Assembly (NCBI GenBank): GCA_963789955.1
Contig: CAWBMV010000034.1
Coordinates: 768,001-832,000, forward strand
Direction of reading: 5' to 3'
Source of the DNA: an uncultured Candidatus Rokubacteria bacterium
Lineage (GTDB): Bacteria > Methylomirabilota > Methylomirabilia > Rokubacteriales > CSP1-6
DNA length: 64,000 bases
The notes below the pieces were generated by a model that worked only from the letters and a program-made list of their open reading frames with translations, searched no databases and was not told the origin of the DNA. The position numbers and the translations under genes were made by a program. Shown here piece by piece: positions 19,434-32,470 of the stretch (within the stretch, counting starts at the first letter, position 1; every line of letters begins with the position of its first letter).

Positions 19434-20807
19434 TTGGCTCTGCGCGAGCACCTGGAGCGCACTCTTCGCCGCCACGCGATGCTCGCGGGCGGCGAAACCG
19501 TTTTAGTCGCGGTGTCGGGCGGCGCCGACTCCGTCGCGTTGCTTCACCTCTTGCTCGACCTGGCCCCGGCGTGGCGGCTCCGACTCCACGCGCTTCACGT
19601 CGATCATCGATTGCGCGCCGAGTCGGCGGCCGACGCCGGCTTCGTCAAGGCTCTCGGGGCGAGACTCGGCGTGCCGGTCGAGGTCGCGACGGTCGAGGTG
19701 GATCGACGAGGCTCGCTCGAAGCGTCGGCGCGGGCGGCGCGGTACGCGGCACTCGAGGCGTGCGCCGCACGAGTCGGCGCAACGCGTATCGCGGTCGGCC
19801 ACACCGCCGACGATCAGGCCGAGACGGTCCTCATGCGGCTCGTGCAAGGCGCGGGCGTGCGCGGCCTGGCCGGTATCCCCCCCGTGCGCGGACCGATCAT
19901 TCGCCCGCTCATCGAGGTTCGCCGCTCGGCGCTCGAGGCGGAGCTTCGGCGCGCCGGGCTCTCGTGGGTCGACGACGAGACGAACCGCGATCCGAAGTTC
20001 CTGCGTAATCGGATCCGCCACGAGCTGCTGCCGCTTCTGGCCGATTCGTACAACCCCGAAGTCGCGGCGGCACTCGCGCGCCTGGCGTCCGTGGCGCGTG
20101 AGACGGTGAGCGCGCTCGATCAGACCGCCGGCGCCGAGCTCGATCGGCTCGCGATCTGGAGCGACCGCGCCGTGACCGTGCGCCTCGAAGCGCTGCGCGC
20201 CGTGCCGCGTCCGGTCGCCGCGGAGGTCCTGCGGCAGGCCGCGGCGCGGCTGGGCAGTCGCGCGCCGCTGAGAGCATGGGCGCATCGAGGGCTCAAGCGA
20301 GTCCTCGCGGTCCCGGCACCGCGCCGGCCGTTCAGGCTGGGCGGAGTGACCGTCGAAGTCAGCGGTGTGCTCGCGCGTCTGGCGACGACGCCGCCGGCCG
20401 CCTTGGTCGAGCGGCCGGTCATCGTGCCCGGACGCACCGAGCTTCCCGAGATCGGCCAGGCACTCGAGGCGCGGCTCGTGGGCGCCGACGCCTACGCGAT
20501 CCCCCGCGAGCCGAGCCGCGTGGCGTTCGACGCCGACGATCTCGCGACGCCGCTCGTCGTCCGTGCCCGGAGGCGCGGCGAGCGGTTCATCGCCTTCGGC
20601 GGATCCGAGCGCCGGCTCAAGTCGCTCCTGATCGAGGCGAAGGTGCCGCGCTGGGACCGCGCCCGGGTGCCGGTGATCGAGGCCGGCGGTACGATCGTCT
20701 GGGTCGGTCACCTGCGCCGGGGCGCCGCCGGCCGCGTGACCGCGCGGACCCGGCGTGTGCTCGAGCTGGCACTGGTCCCTCTGGCGCAGCCCGACCGCCC
20801 CCAGTAG
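19434..20807 (+). CDS. tilS: tRNA(Ile)-lysidine synthetase
   Basis: VAVSGGADS, HVDHRLR, GHTADDQAETVL, RNRIRHELLP, TilS C-terminal domain; TTG start inferred. Confidence 0.92.
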   Translation: MALREHLERTLRRHAMLAGGETVLVAVSGGADSVALLHLLLDLAPAWRLRLHALHVDHRLRAESAADAGFVKALGARLGVPVEVATVEVDRRGSLEASARAARYAALEACAARVGATRIAVGHTADDQAETVLMRLVQGAGVRGLAGIPPVRGPIIRPLIEVRRSALEAELRRAGLSWVDDETNRDPKFLRNRIRHELLPLLADSYNPEVAAALARLASVARETVSALDQTAGAELDRLAIWSDRAVTVRLEALRAVPRPVAAEVLRQAAARLGSRAPLRAWAHRGLKRVLAVPAPRRPFRLGGVTVEVSGVLARLATTPPAALVERPVIVPGRTELPEIGQALEARLVGADAYAIPREPSRVAFDADDLATPLVVRARRRGERFIAFGGSERRLKSLLIEAKVPRWDRARVPVIEAGGTIVWVGHLRRGAAGRVTARTRRVLELALVPLAQPDRPQ

Positions 20808-20827
20808 AGTAGGAGGCCGAACCGCCG

Positions 20828-22280
20828 ATGAATCGACTCGTCGCGCTGATCTTCGCCGTGCTCTTCGCACCACCCCGGTGTGGGCTCAGCAGCGTCCGCC
20901 CGCCGCCGAGACGCGCCCGGCCCCGAAGACCGATCCGCGCGCCGTCCTGCGCGCCATGGAAGACGCGTTCAGCGCCGTCGCGGATCGCGTCACACCGGCC
21001 GTCGTGCACGTCAGCACGGTCCAGAAGAAGAGCCCGGGCGGCGGCGGTGAGGAGGCGCCGGAGCGATTCCGCGAGTTCTTCGGCGACGAATTCTACGAGC
21101 GCTATTTCCGCCGGCGCCCGCGCGAGGACACGCGCGCCACCGGCTCGGGTGTCCTGGTGGATCCGAAGGGATACATCTTGACGAACAACCACGTGATCGA
21201 GAACGCTCAGGACATCATCGTGCGCCTCTCCGATCAGCGGAAGTTCACCGCCAAGCTCGTCGGACGCGATCCCAAGAGCGACATCGCCGTGCTCAAGGTC
21301 GACGCCCCGCGCCCGCTGCCGGCCGCCGAGCTCGGCGACTCCGACCACCTGCGCGTCGGCCAGTGGGCGATCGCCATCGGCAATCCGTTCGGCCTCGACC
21401 GCACGGTGACCGTCGGGATCATCTCGGCCACCGCGCGCACGCGGGTCGGGGTCACGCAGTACGACAACTTCATCCAGACCGACGCCTCGATCAACCCCGG
21501 CAACTCGGGCGGTCCGCTCCTGAACATCGACGGCAAGGTGATCGGGATCAACACGGCCATCGTGGCCGCCGGTCAGGGCATCGGGTTCTCGATTCCGATC
21601 AACCAGGCGCGCGACGTGATGCAGCAGCTCATCACGCGCGGCAAGGTGGTGCGCGGCTGGCTCGGCATCGTCATCCAGGACGTGACCGATCAGCTCGCGG
21701 GCAGCTTCGGCGTCAAGGAGCGCGAAGGCGTCCTCGTGGCCGAGGTCATGAAGGGGAGCCCGGCCGAGACCGCGGGCCTGAAAGCCGGCGACGTCGTCGT
21801 GGAGCTGAGCGGCACGCCGATCAAGGAGGTCCCCGACCTCCAGCGGAAGATCGCGGCCATCCGTCCGGGGCAGACGATGAAGCTCGTCGTGATCCGCGAC
21901 AAGAAGCCGGTGCCGGTCACGGTGAAGATCGGTGAGATGCCGGCGGACGAGCCGGTCGTCGCCGAGGCGCCCGGCAACGACGAGTGGGGGCTCAGCGTGG
22001 AGGCGCTCACCGGCGACGCCGCGCTTCGCCTGGATCTGCCCGTCTCGCGCGGGCTCTTCGTCACCGAGGTGCAGCCGGGAAGCCCGGCCGAGAAGGCCGG
22101 CATCCGTCGTGGTGACGTGATCCTCGAAATTTCACGCCGACCGGCCGACGAGCCGGCCACGCTCTTCAAGGCGCTCTCCGCGCTCAAGCCGGGCGAGACG
22201 ATCCTGATCTACGTGCACCGCGCCGGCGGCAGCGGCGGCGGGGCGAATCAATACCTCACGATGGAACGTTCCCGCCAGCG

Positions 22281-22284
<4 letters not shown>
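20828..22284 (+). CDS. degP: DegP/HtrA serine protease with two PDZ domains (frameshift near 20875)
   Basis: TNNHVI, DIAVLK, QTDASINPGNSGGPL, two PDZ domains; signal peptide in the alternative frame. Confidence 0.9.
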
Positions 22285-23723
<1,439 letters not shown>

Positions 23724-23736
23724 CGGAGGCGTCGAG

Positions 23737-25086
23737 ATGACCGAAGACACCGCGATCGAGACCCAGGCCACCGAGCTGCTCCGCACCCTGATCCGGAACG
23801 GGTGCGTCAATACCGGCGAGGCCTCCTCCGGCCACGAAGAGCGCAGCGTGGCCGCGCTGGAGGACTTCTTCGCCGGCACCGGGCTCTCCTGCGAGCGCTA
23901 CACCTCGGAGCCGGGCCGGATGAGCCTGATCACGCGGATCGAGGGTCGCGATCCCAAAGCGCCGACCTTGCTGCTGATGGGCCACACCGACGTGGTGCCG
24001 GTCAGCCTGTCGGGCTGGCAGCGTGATCCGTTCGCGGCCGAGCTGGTCGACGGCATCGTGTGGGGCCGCGGCGCCATCGACATGCTGAACCTGACGTCCA
24101 CGATGGCCGTGGCCACGTATCGGCTCGCCAAGAGCGGCTGGCGCCCGCGCGGCACGCTCATCTATCTGGCCGTCGCCGACGAGGAGGCGGGCGGCTTTCT
24201 CGGCGCCGGCCACCTGGTCGAGCATCACGCGGACGCCGTGAAGTGCGACTACGTCATCACCGAGAGCGGCGGCGTGCCGATCCCGACCAAGGCCGGCCAC
24301 ACGTTGAAGGTGACGGTCGGCGAGAAGGGCGGCAACTGGCGCCGCCTGATCGTCCACGGCACGCCCGGCCACGGCTCGCGGCCGTTCAAGACCGACAACG
24401 CCCTCGTGACCGCCGCCAAGGTCGTGCAGCGGCTCGCCGAGTATCGGCCGAAGGCGCGCATCCTCGACGCCTGGCGTGGCTACGTGCAGTCGCTCACGCT
24501 CGAGCCCGGTCTGACGGAGGCGCTCACCGATCCCGACCGCGTGTACGAGGCCGTGTGCGATCTCGACAACCTCGCGCTGGCCCGCGAGGCGCACGCGTGC
24601 ACCCACACGACGTTCTCGCCGAACATCGCGCACGGCGGCACGAAGGTGAACGTGATCCCCGATCGCGTCGACATCGACGTCGACATCCGCTCGCTGCCCG
24701 GCGTCGAGCAGCACGAAGTCGAGGCGATGATCAAGGAAGCGCTCGGCCCGCTCGCGTCCAAGGTGACGATCGAGACGCCGTCGGACCGTCGGCGCGGCGG
24801 CAGCGTGTCGCCGACCGACACGCCGCTGATCGCGGCGATCCGCCGCGTGAGCAAGCGGATGATGCCGGACAGCACGGTGGTCCCGGCGATCACCACCGGC
24901 GGCACCGACGCGAAGTTCTTCCGCTGGAAGGGCATCCCGGCGTACGGCTTCGGCCTGCACTCGCTGCGCATCCCGTACACCGAGTACCCGGTGATGTTCC
25001 ACGGCCACAACGAACGCGTGGACACCGAGAGCTTGAAGCTCTCCGCGATGATGTGGGAAACGCTCTGCCGAGAATTTCTCGGCTGA
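23737..25086 (+). CDS. M20/M25/M40 family metallopeptidase
   Basis: GHTDVVP, WGRGAIDM, ADEEAGG, GHGS, GGTDAK, HGHNERV. Confidence 0.9.
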   Translation: MTEDTAIETQATELLRTLIRNGCVNTGEASSGHEERSVAALEDFFAGTGLSCERYTSEPGRMSLITRIEGRDPKAPTLLLMGHTDVVPVSLSGWQRDPFAAELVDGIVWGRGAIDMLNLTSTMAVATYRLAKSGWRPRGTLIYLAVADEEAGGFLGAGHLVEHHADAVKCDYVITESGGVPIPTKAGHTLKVTVGEKGGNWRRLIVHGTPGHGSRPFKTDNALVTAAKVVQRLAEYRPKARILDAWRGYVQSLTLEPGLTEALTDPDRVYEAVCDLDNLALAREAHACTHTTFSPNIAHGGTKVNVIPDRVDIDVDIRSLPGVEQHEVEAMIKEALGPLASKVTIETPSDRRRGGSVSPTDTPLIAAIRRVSKRMMPDSTVVPAITTGGTDAKFFRWKGIPAYGFGLHSLRIPYTEYPVMFHGHNERVDTESLKLSAMMWETLCREFLG

Positions 25087-25095
25087 GAGAGCTGA

Positions 25096-25563
25096 TCGAA
25101 CACCTTCAACGCCGGCACGACGGGCTACGTAGAGACGAGTGACGCCAACGGTAGCGCGGGGGCCGACGCCGTCCGCCTCGTACCCGCGACTGCGCAGTCG
25201 TCGTCGGCTCCGTCGCCGCCCTCGGGCTCGCCGGCCGCCGGCGACTTCACGACCACCGGCCTCGTCGCCGGACAGGTCGTCACGACGCCGATCCGCGTCC
25301 AGAATTTCCCGGCCGTCGGGACCGGCCAGGTGTTCAACAACTTCGCCTACGCGATCCTCAACAGCGCGGGCGCGACCGTCTTCACCAACCAGGAATTTGG
25401 CCAGCCCTACTGCTTGGCCGGAGACGATGGCACCGCGTGCTTCTTCTGGGACCCCGCGTCGATTGCCGTCGGCGCCTACACCGTTCGCATCACGATGACC
25501 TACGTCGAGGGCGGCGCTAACAAGACCGTCGTCAAGACGATCGCCTTTTCGGTGGCGCGCTGA
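25096..25563 (+). pseudogene. 5'-truncated remnant of a secreted modular protein
   Basis: Open frame with no upstream start, beginning TFNAGTTGYVETSDANGSAGADAVRLVP (looks like the end of a golvesin/Xly-type domain), then an S/P linker and a beta-rich domain. Confidence 0.55.
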
Positions 25564-25615
25564 TGCGCGAGATCGGCGCCCTCGGCTCAGGTTTCTCGCG
25601 AGAGGAGAGGACACG

Positions 25616-26503
25616 ATGAACGTACGCCGAAAGGGGATCTTGGCAACGCTGGTCGTTGCCTTGCTCTTCGCCGGGACCCACACGACACAAGCCGCCGCGG
25701 CGTCGTTCGGCCTGGAGTGGCCGGGCGACGGAGCCGTGCGTCGCATGCTCTTCTGGCACAACCCGTTTCCGATCTACGACGCGACGTACGTCTTCAAGGT
25801 GTTTCCGCGGATGAAGACCGTGCCGACGAATTCACCGACCGGCTACTACACGACGTTCTTCTGGGGCAACGACGGCACCTTCGTGTGGGACGGCGGCAGC
25901 GCCAACACGTACTACGGCGCGCATCCGTATCCGGTTCCCGCGCCGAACGGCGCCGGGCAATGGGAGATCTCGGTCTACGCCAACGACTATGTGACCGGAT
26001 CCGAGGTGCAGTGGGGCCGCTGGTACACTCAGGTGTTCCGCGCCTGGCGTGAATCGGCGACGACGACTCGCCACGAGTTCTACTGGGACTGGCCGGACAC
26101 GACCAAGGTCATCACGCACACCATCACCGATCCGGGCTGGGCGGATCGCAATCCACCGACCCCCGCGATCGTCGTGGGTCAGGCGCCGGACTTCAACGGA
26201 GCGTCGTGGGGCGGCTACCCGGGGTGGGAGGAGTTCAACGGTATCATCCGCGGCATCCAGATCTACTCCGGGCTGCTGTCACTTTCCGACATCCAGAGCG
26301 AGATCAGCGCACCACAATCCAGCGCGGCCGGGCAGAGTCTCATCTGGTATCTCAATCTCAATCCGCGCCCCAGCGACGTGACCGACAAGAAGACGACGGG
26401 CGCCCCGCACAATCCGGCGTGGGCCGGGACGACCGCCAAGGAGTGGAGCGACTCCGCCGACACGATCGCGCCGTCGGCGCCGAGCAACGTGCGGATGCAG
26501 TGA
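25616..26503 (+). CDS. Secreted hypothetical protein, possible LamG/concanavalin-like fold
   Basis: RBS GAGGAGAGG, signal peptide, W/Y/G-rich, FNGIIRGIQIYSGLLSLSDIQ LamG-like end; terminates DTIAPSAPSNVRMQ. Confidence 0.7.
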   Translation: MNVRRKGILATLVVALLFAGTHTTQAAAASFGLEWPGDGAVRRMLFWHNPFPIYDATYVFKVFPRMKTVPTNSPTGYYTTFFWGNDGTFVWDGGSANTYYGAHPYPVPAPNGAGQWEISVYANDYVTGSEVQWGRWYTQVFRAWRESATTTRHEFYWDWPDTTKVITHTITDPGWADRNPPTPAIVVGQAPDFNGASWGGYPGWEEFNGIIRGIQIYSGLLSLSDIQSEISAPQSSAAGQSLIWYLNLNPRPSDVTDKKTTGAPHNPAWAGTTAKEWSDSADTIAPSAPSNVRMQ

Positions 26504-26529
26504 GGCGAGGGGGCGGGAGCCCCCCCTCC

Positions 26530-27111
26530 TTACCAGGTGAAGAGGTTCGAGAAGAAGTCCTTCACGCGCTGGGTGAAGGACGGATCACTCTTCGCGGGCG
26601 CGGTCTGAGTCTCGGACACCATCCCGGGCTCCAGGGTCGCCGAGGCCTTCGAGGGGCCGGCGGCTTTCGGCTCGTCCACGCCGGTCGCGAGCGACGCGGG
26701 CGGCGTGTCGCTCCCCGTCTGGACGGGAGCCGGCTGCGTGATCTGGGACGCGCTGATCGCGAGGTAGGTGTACCAGAGGCCCTCGTAGACGTGGACCTCG
26801 AGCGCGTTGCCGTCCTTCTCGAAGACTTGCCGCCATCCATCCTGCCCCGTGGTCGTCCGCGACACCGGACGCCAGCCGCTGGCCTCGACCCGCGTGCGCA
26901 TCGCCTCGCCGAGCGTCACCGGCTCCAGGCGGCCGCGATAGACGAGCTGCGCCGCCTTGACGGTGGGCGACTCGATCACGATCGAATCCTGCGGCTGGTA
27001 GACGAGCCCCGCGGGCAAGTTGATGTCGTCGAACTGGCGGCGCGCCGCCGTCGTGGCGCATCCGGCGGCAAAGAGCATGATCACGGCGGTCGCGAAGATT
27101 TTTGTTTTCAT
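26530..27111 (-). CDS. Hypothetical lipoprotein
   Basis: Lipobox AAGC after a hydrophobic stretch; FDDINLPAGL; P/A/S-rich tail. Confidence 0.72.
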   Translation of the reverse strand: MKTKIFATAVIMLFAAGCATTAARRQFDDINLPAGLVYQPQDSIVIESPTVKAAQLVYRGRLEPVTLGEAMRTRVEASGWRPVSRTTTGQDGWRQVFEKDGNALEVHVYEGLWYTYLAISASQITQPAPVQTGSDTPPASLATGVDEPKAAGPSKASATLEPGMVSETQTAPAKSDPSFTQRVKDFFSNLFTW

Positions 27112-27172
27112 GCGCGCAGCCTAGCAAACGCCTCCCGGAGGGACCAAGAAATTTGACGCGTGTGACGCGCGA

Positions 27173-28150
27173 CTACGCACTCAGCAGCGCGTACACCACC
27201 CGCCACAACTGGAACAGGTCGCGGACGTCTCGCCAGCCCGGGCCGCTGGCGGCCTCGACGTGCCCGACCAGCCCGACCAGCACGAGGGTGGTCCGATCGG
27301 GTCGCGCCGCCGCCAGCCGCAGGCTCTCCGTATAGGGCACCGCGTAGTCGGCGCGGCCGTGAACCAGAATGAGGCGTGCGCGGATCGCCGAGGCGACCCG
27401 CAGCGGCGACAGGGTGTCGAGGTACCTCTGGAGGTCCGGCGGCGGCGCGTCGAGCAGTCGAGCCGCGGCCTCCCGATCGGCGGCCTCGAGGATCGCGCGC
27501 GACGCCGGGTCGAGACGGTCGGCGTTGGCGCGCACGAACATGCGCACGAGCTTCGGATCGTGGTCGACCCGGCCGCGAACGTTTTCGTAGGCGTACGCCC
27601 CGGTGAGCCAGAACCGCAGGACTTCGGCCGCGGACGCGTAGCCCCCGAGGCTCAGCACCACGCTCACCCGCTCGCGGCTGCGCGGGTCGGCGGCCGCCAG
27701 GAGCGCCGGGCCGGCGCCGACGCTCGCTCCGATGAGGACCGCCTTCCCATCACGCGCGGCGAGGGCGGCAATCACCGGCTCGACGTCCTCGGGTCCGAGC
27801 CGTCCGGCCGGTGAGCCCGGGGATCGTCGGCACCGCGACGTCGAAGCCGGCCCGCGCCAGGAGCCCCGCGACGTCCTGGACACGAGGGTCGTCCTTGCCC
27901 TCAGGCGCGAACCCGTGAACGAGCACCAGCGGCCGGCCGGCGCCGAGCCCTCGGTGGACATAGAGATCGGCGCCCGCGCCGGGGAGCGGGATCGGCCGGC
28001 GGATGGGCTGATCGGTCAGCGCGGACAGTACGGGGGGGCGCCCACGGGTCAGGAACTCGATCAGAAACGCCCCGGCGAACAGCGCCGTCCGCCCGGCAGA
28101 GACGACAGGCGCGACGACGACGAGAGCGAGGACGAGGGCGGTGAGGCGGG
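27173..28150 (-). CDS. Membrane-anchored alpha/beta hydrolase (frameshift near 27815; start uncertain)
   Basis: LVLVHGF, GASVG nucleophile elbow, VHGRADYAVP, GHV. Confidence 0.7.
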
Positions 28151-28780
28151 CTACTTCCGGTTGATGCACTTCACGAGGCGCCACCCCTTGAACATGTTCA
28201 CGTGGGTGATCGACTCGGGGACCAGCCCGACCTGCTCGAGCAACGGCTCCATCATGAGGTTCGACTTCCAGCCCAGCCGCGTGCACACCGGCGCCAGCAG
28301 ATCCTCGACCGTGCCGGTGACTCGGCGCTGGCTCCTGAAGTGGTTCAGGATCACGATGATGCCGCCCGGCTTCACCACCCTGCGCATCTCGCGCAGCACG
28401 GCAACCGGATCAGGGACCGCCGAGATCGTGTAGGTCGCCGCCGCCTTGTCGAATTCGTTCTCGCCGAAGTCCATCGACGTGGCGTCCATGACCTTGAGAA
28501 CCACGTTGGGCATGGCCAGGGTCTGCACGCGCTCGACAGCCTTGTCGAGCATCTCCTGAGAAAGATCGATCCCCGTGAGGTGGCAGGACCACGGGTAGAG
28601 CGGGAGGTTCAAGCCGGTGCCGATACCGACCTCGAGGACAGAATCGTCACGCCGAAGATCGAGGCCGCCGATCGCGGCCGCGCGGCCCGGAGCGAAGATC
28701 CAGTCGAAGATGAAATCGTACACCGGAGCTAACAGCTCGTAAGCACGCTCAACCTGCCGCTTTTCTAACGCTACGTCCAC
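28151..28780 (-). CDS. pmtA: Class I SAM methyltransferase, phosphatidylethanolamine N-methyltransferase-like
   Basis: AYELLAPVYDFIF, VLEVGIGTGLNLP, GIDLSQEML, VPDPVAVLREMRRVVKPGG, LNHF. Confidence 0.78.
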   Translation of the reverse strand: MDVALEKRQVERAYELLAPVYDFIFDWIFAPGRAAAIGGLDLRRDDSVLEVGIGTGLNLPLYPWSCHLTGIDLSQEMLDKAVERVQTLAMPNVVLKVMDATSMDFGENEFDKAAATYTISAVPDPVAVLREMRRVVKPGGIIVILNHFRSQRRVTGTVEDLLAPVCTRLGWKSNLMMEPLLEQVGLVPESITHVNMFKGWRLVKCINRK

Positions 28781-28893
28781 TCAGAGCCCTCCGGCAGTGT
28801 CGATTTGGGGGAGAGTCGGTCGAAGCCGAGAGCCGGGCGTATTCTAACCACGGCCGACCGGCGTTGCCAAGCTACTTTTCGCCTGACGACCCT

Positions 28894-30268
28894 TTAGAGG
28901 AGAAACCTGATCAACAAGGTCGCGAGCCCCAGAAACGAAAAGAATCCGAATACATCCGTGAAGGTCGTAATAATCACGCTCGACGCGATGGCCGGGTCGA
29001 CGCGAGAGGTTTTCAGCGCGATCGGAATCAAGGTGCCGACGACGGCGGCCACCAGCATGTTGGCGACGAGGGCGACCGCGAGGATCAACGAAAGGAGCAG
29101 CTGCCCCTTCCAGAGGTAGGCGATCACCGCGATCACCAGACCGTTGACGCCGCCGGTCGACAGCCCGAGCCACAGCTCCTTCCAGAGGACCCGTCGCAGC
29201 ACGCTGGCGCTCATGTCGCCGAGCGCGATCCCCCGGACCACGACGGTCGCGGTCTGGGTCGTGGCGATGCCACCCATCGAGGCGACGATCGGCATGAAGA
29301 CCGCCAGGGTCGCCAGGGTCTGAATCGAGGACTCAAAGAGCCCGATCACCGAGGCGGCCAGCACGGCGGTGCCCAGGTTGATCAGCCGCCAGAGGTTGCG
29401 CTTGACGAAGACCGCGCGGGGCGGGTCGAGCACCGTCTCGTCGCCGGCGACGCCGCCGAGGCGCTGGATGTCCTCGGTCGCCTCCTCGCGCATGACGTCG
29501 ATCACGCCGTCGACCCCGATCGTGCCGAGCAGGCGCCGGTTGACGTCCACCACGGGGATCTGGATCAGGTTGTAGTGCTGGACCAGGCGCGCGACCTCCT
29601 CCTGGTCCGTGTCCGCCCGCACGCTCTCGACCTCGTCGGTCCGGAGGGCGCGGATCGGCGTCGCCGCGTCGGCGGCGAGCAGGCGATGGAGCGGGACGAC
29701 GCCGACCAGATGATCGTGGTCGTCGACCACGTACAGGTAGAAGGGCCCCTCGCCGGACGCCGCCTTGCGGATGTGCTCGATCGCCTCGGCGACGGTCGTG
29801 TCCTCGCGGACCGCGACGAACTCGGACGACATGAGGCGCCCGGCCGTGCCCTCCCCATACTCGAGGAGCTCCTGAACCTCCTCGGACTTCTCTTCCTCCA
29901 TGAGCTCGAGGATGTCGTCCGCCCGCTTCTTCGGGTAGCTCCTCGACGACGTCGACGACCTGCTCGGGCGGCATCCGGTCGAGGACGCGCGAGACCTCGA
30001 CTTCGGGCAGCGAGCTGACCAGCTCACGCAGGGTGGGGTCGTCGAGCTCGGCGAGCACTTCGCCCGCGTGCTGCGGGCTCAAGAGGCGGAAGAGCCGTAC
30101 CTGATCGTCGTGCGGGAGCTCGCGGATCACGCGCGACACGTCGGCGGGGTGCGCGTCGTCGACGACGTCGGAGAGCCGCTCGTCCCGGCCTTCGACGAGC
30201 AGCAGCTTGATCGATTCCCTCAGCCGTTCGAGCTCTTCCATGGGTGATGGGGGGGCGTGCCGCGGCAC
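28894..30268 (-). CDS. mgtE: Magnesium transporter MgtE (frameshift near 29935)
   Basis: HPADV N-domain, TAGRLM, CBS pair, MPIVASMGG, DPAIASSVIITTFTDVFGF. Confidence 0.92.
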
Positions 30269-30338
30269 GACCTCACCTCGGAGTATGACCTTGCCCGGAT
30301 GTCGGGCAAGGGAATTCGGGGGTCGACGGGAGCGCCCG

Positions 30339-31554
30339 TCAGGCTCCGAACTTCGTGAGTCGGAGCGCGTTCGCCATCACGAGCGGCATGAGGTGCTGGG
30401 AAGGGATGACCCCGAGGCTCCCGGCGCCGCAGGCGCGCTCCGTGAACGCGGTCACGCCGTCGGGGCCGCAGTAGCGGCCCCAGACCAGGACCGGAACCGG
30501 CTGCCATCCGTGCCCCGCCAGCACCGACGGCGTGGCGTGGTCGCCGGAGACGATCAAGACGTCGGGCTTGAGCGCGCGAATCTCCGGGATCGCCCGGTCG
30601 AGGCGCTCGAGGGCTCGAACCTTCGCGTCGAAGTCGCCGTCCTCGCCCGCCTTGTCCGTGTCCTTGTAGTGCAGGAAGAAGAAGTCGTGCGTGTCCCAGT
30701 GCTCGCGCAAGGTCGCCAGCTCGTCCTCGAAGGAGGTGCCGGTCTTCAGGACTTCCATGCCGACCAGCTTCGCGAGGCCGCGGTACATCGGATAGGCCGC
30801 GATCGCGGCGCTCCGGAGACCAAAGACCTCGGGAAACCGCGGGAGCTTGGGCAGCTGGTCGAAGCCGCGCAGCAGCACCATGTTCGCGGGCGCCGCGTCG
30901 GCGAGCAAACGCCGCGCCTCGGAGGCGAAGCGGTTCACGAGCGCGGCGGTGGCCTTCGCGCGCGGATTGAGCGCCTTCACGGCGAGCGGCGGCTTGCCGA
31001 GTGACTTGCGGGTCGCTCTCGGTCAGGCCCGCGGCCAGCCGGGCGCCGCCGCGGGCGCGCGCGCGGAGCACGAGGACGAATCGGTGCTCCTTCACCGACT
31101 CGACGAACACCTCGACGCCGGGCAGGCGGATCTTTCGCAGGCGCTCGGTGAGCCGCAGGTTGATCTCGGTCGCGAGCCGGCCCGCGCGCCGGTCGGTGAT
31201 GCGACCGGCGCTGTCGATCGTGCAGAAGTTCCCGCGCGCGGCGACGTCGCCCGCGCGCAGGTCGAACTCGATGCCGAGCGCTTCGAGCACGCCGCGCCCG
31301 ACCTGGTAGTGCAGCGGGTCGTAGCCGAAGAGTCCGAGGTGGCCGGGGCCGCTTCCCGGTGTGATCCCGGGCGCCACGTGTCGGATGAGGCCGCAGGCGG
31401 CCTCGGTGGCGAGCTGGGAGAGGTTGGGCAGGTGAGCCGTCTCGAGCTCCGAGCGTCCGGTCTCGGGCCGGGGGAGCCCGCCGAGGCCGTCCAGCGAGAC
31501 GAGGACGATCTTCGTCGTGTTTTGAACGACGAGCGGCGCGATGAGGTCGAGCAT
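30339..31554 (-). CDS. apgM: 2,3-bisphosphoglycerate-independent phosphoglycerate mutase, ApgM type (frameshift near 31000)
   Basis: DGLGGLP, PGSGPGHLGLFGYDP, GRGVLEALG, DRRAGR, HYKDTDKAGEDG, GDHATP. Confidence 0.9.
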
Positions 31555-31567
31555 CGTCCTGGTCTCC

Positions 31568-32470
31568 TCACGCCTCCTTCACGGGGTTCTCGATCTGCCC
31601 GAGTCCGGTGATCTCGAGCCGGCACGTGTCGCCCGGCTGCAGGAAGACCGGCGGCTTGCGCGCGAAGCCCACGCCCGGCGGCGTGCCCGTCGCGATGAGA
31701 TCGCCCGGCGAGAGCGTCATCAGCCCCGAGAGGTAGCTCACGATGTAGCGCACGTCGAAGATGAACGTCTTGGTGTTGCCGCCCTGCATCTGCTTGCCGT
31801 TGACCCACAGCTTCAGCTCGAGCACGTGCGGATCGGGAATGTCCGCGCGATCGGCGATGTAGGGCCCGACCGGCGCGAAGGTCTCCGGGATCTTCCCGGC
31901 CATCCACTGGCTGCCGATGAACTGGAAGTCCCGCGCGCTCACGTCGTTGATGATCGTGTAGCCCCAGACGTGGTCGAGCGCCTTGTCCTTGCTGACGAAG
32001 CGCGCCGTCTTGCCGATCACGACGCCGAGCTCGACTTCCCAGTCGAGCTGATTCGAGCCGCGCGGTCTCAGGATCGGCTCGTTCGGATCGAGGATGGCGT
32101 TCGACCACTTCGCGAAGATCGGCGGCTCCTTCGGGATCGGCTGATTGGCCTCCTCGGCATGGTCTCGATAGTTGAGGCCGATGCAGATGAACTTGCCGGG
32201 ATCCGTGATCGGCGCGTGCAGGCGCGCCGAGTTCGCCGGGATCGTGACCCATTCCTTGATGCCGGCGACGGTCTCCTCGACCAGTGGCCCGCCCTCGAGA
32301 AACGCGCGGGTGCTGTTCGGGACGAGCGCCGCGGCGAGCTCGGCGGCACGAGTTACGCCGCGCCGCGTCAGAGAGGCCGCGACGCTGGCCTGAAGATCGG
32401 CGATGCGGTCGCCCTGGAGGACGCCGAGCCGCGGGGTCTGGCCGTTGGTGGAGAAGCGCACGAGCTTCAT
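31568..32470 (-). CDS. Fumarylacetoacetate hydrolase family protein
   Basis: CIGLNYRDHA, DWEVELGVVIGK, NDVSARD, PGDLIATGTPPGVG. Confidence 0.92.
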   Translation of the reverse strand: MKLVRFSTNGQTPRLGVLQGDRIADLQASVAASLTRRGVTRAAELAAALVPNSTRAFLEGGPLVEETVAGIKEWVTIPANSARLHAPITDPGKFICIGLNYRDHAEEANQPIPKEPPIFAKWSNAILDPNEPILRPRGSNQLDWEVELGVVIGKTARFVSKDKALDHVWGYTIINDVSARDFQFIGSQWMAGKIPETFAPVGPYIADRADIPDPHVLELKLWVNGKQMQGGNTKTFIFDVRYIVSYLSGLMTLSPGDLIATGTPPGVGFARKPPVFLQPGDTCRLEITGLGQIENPVKEA

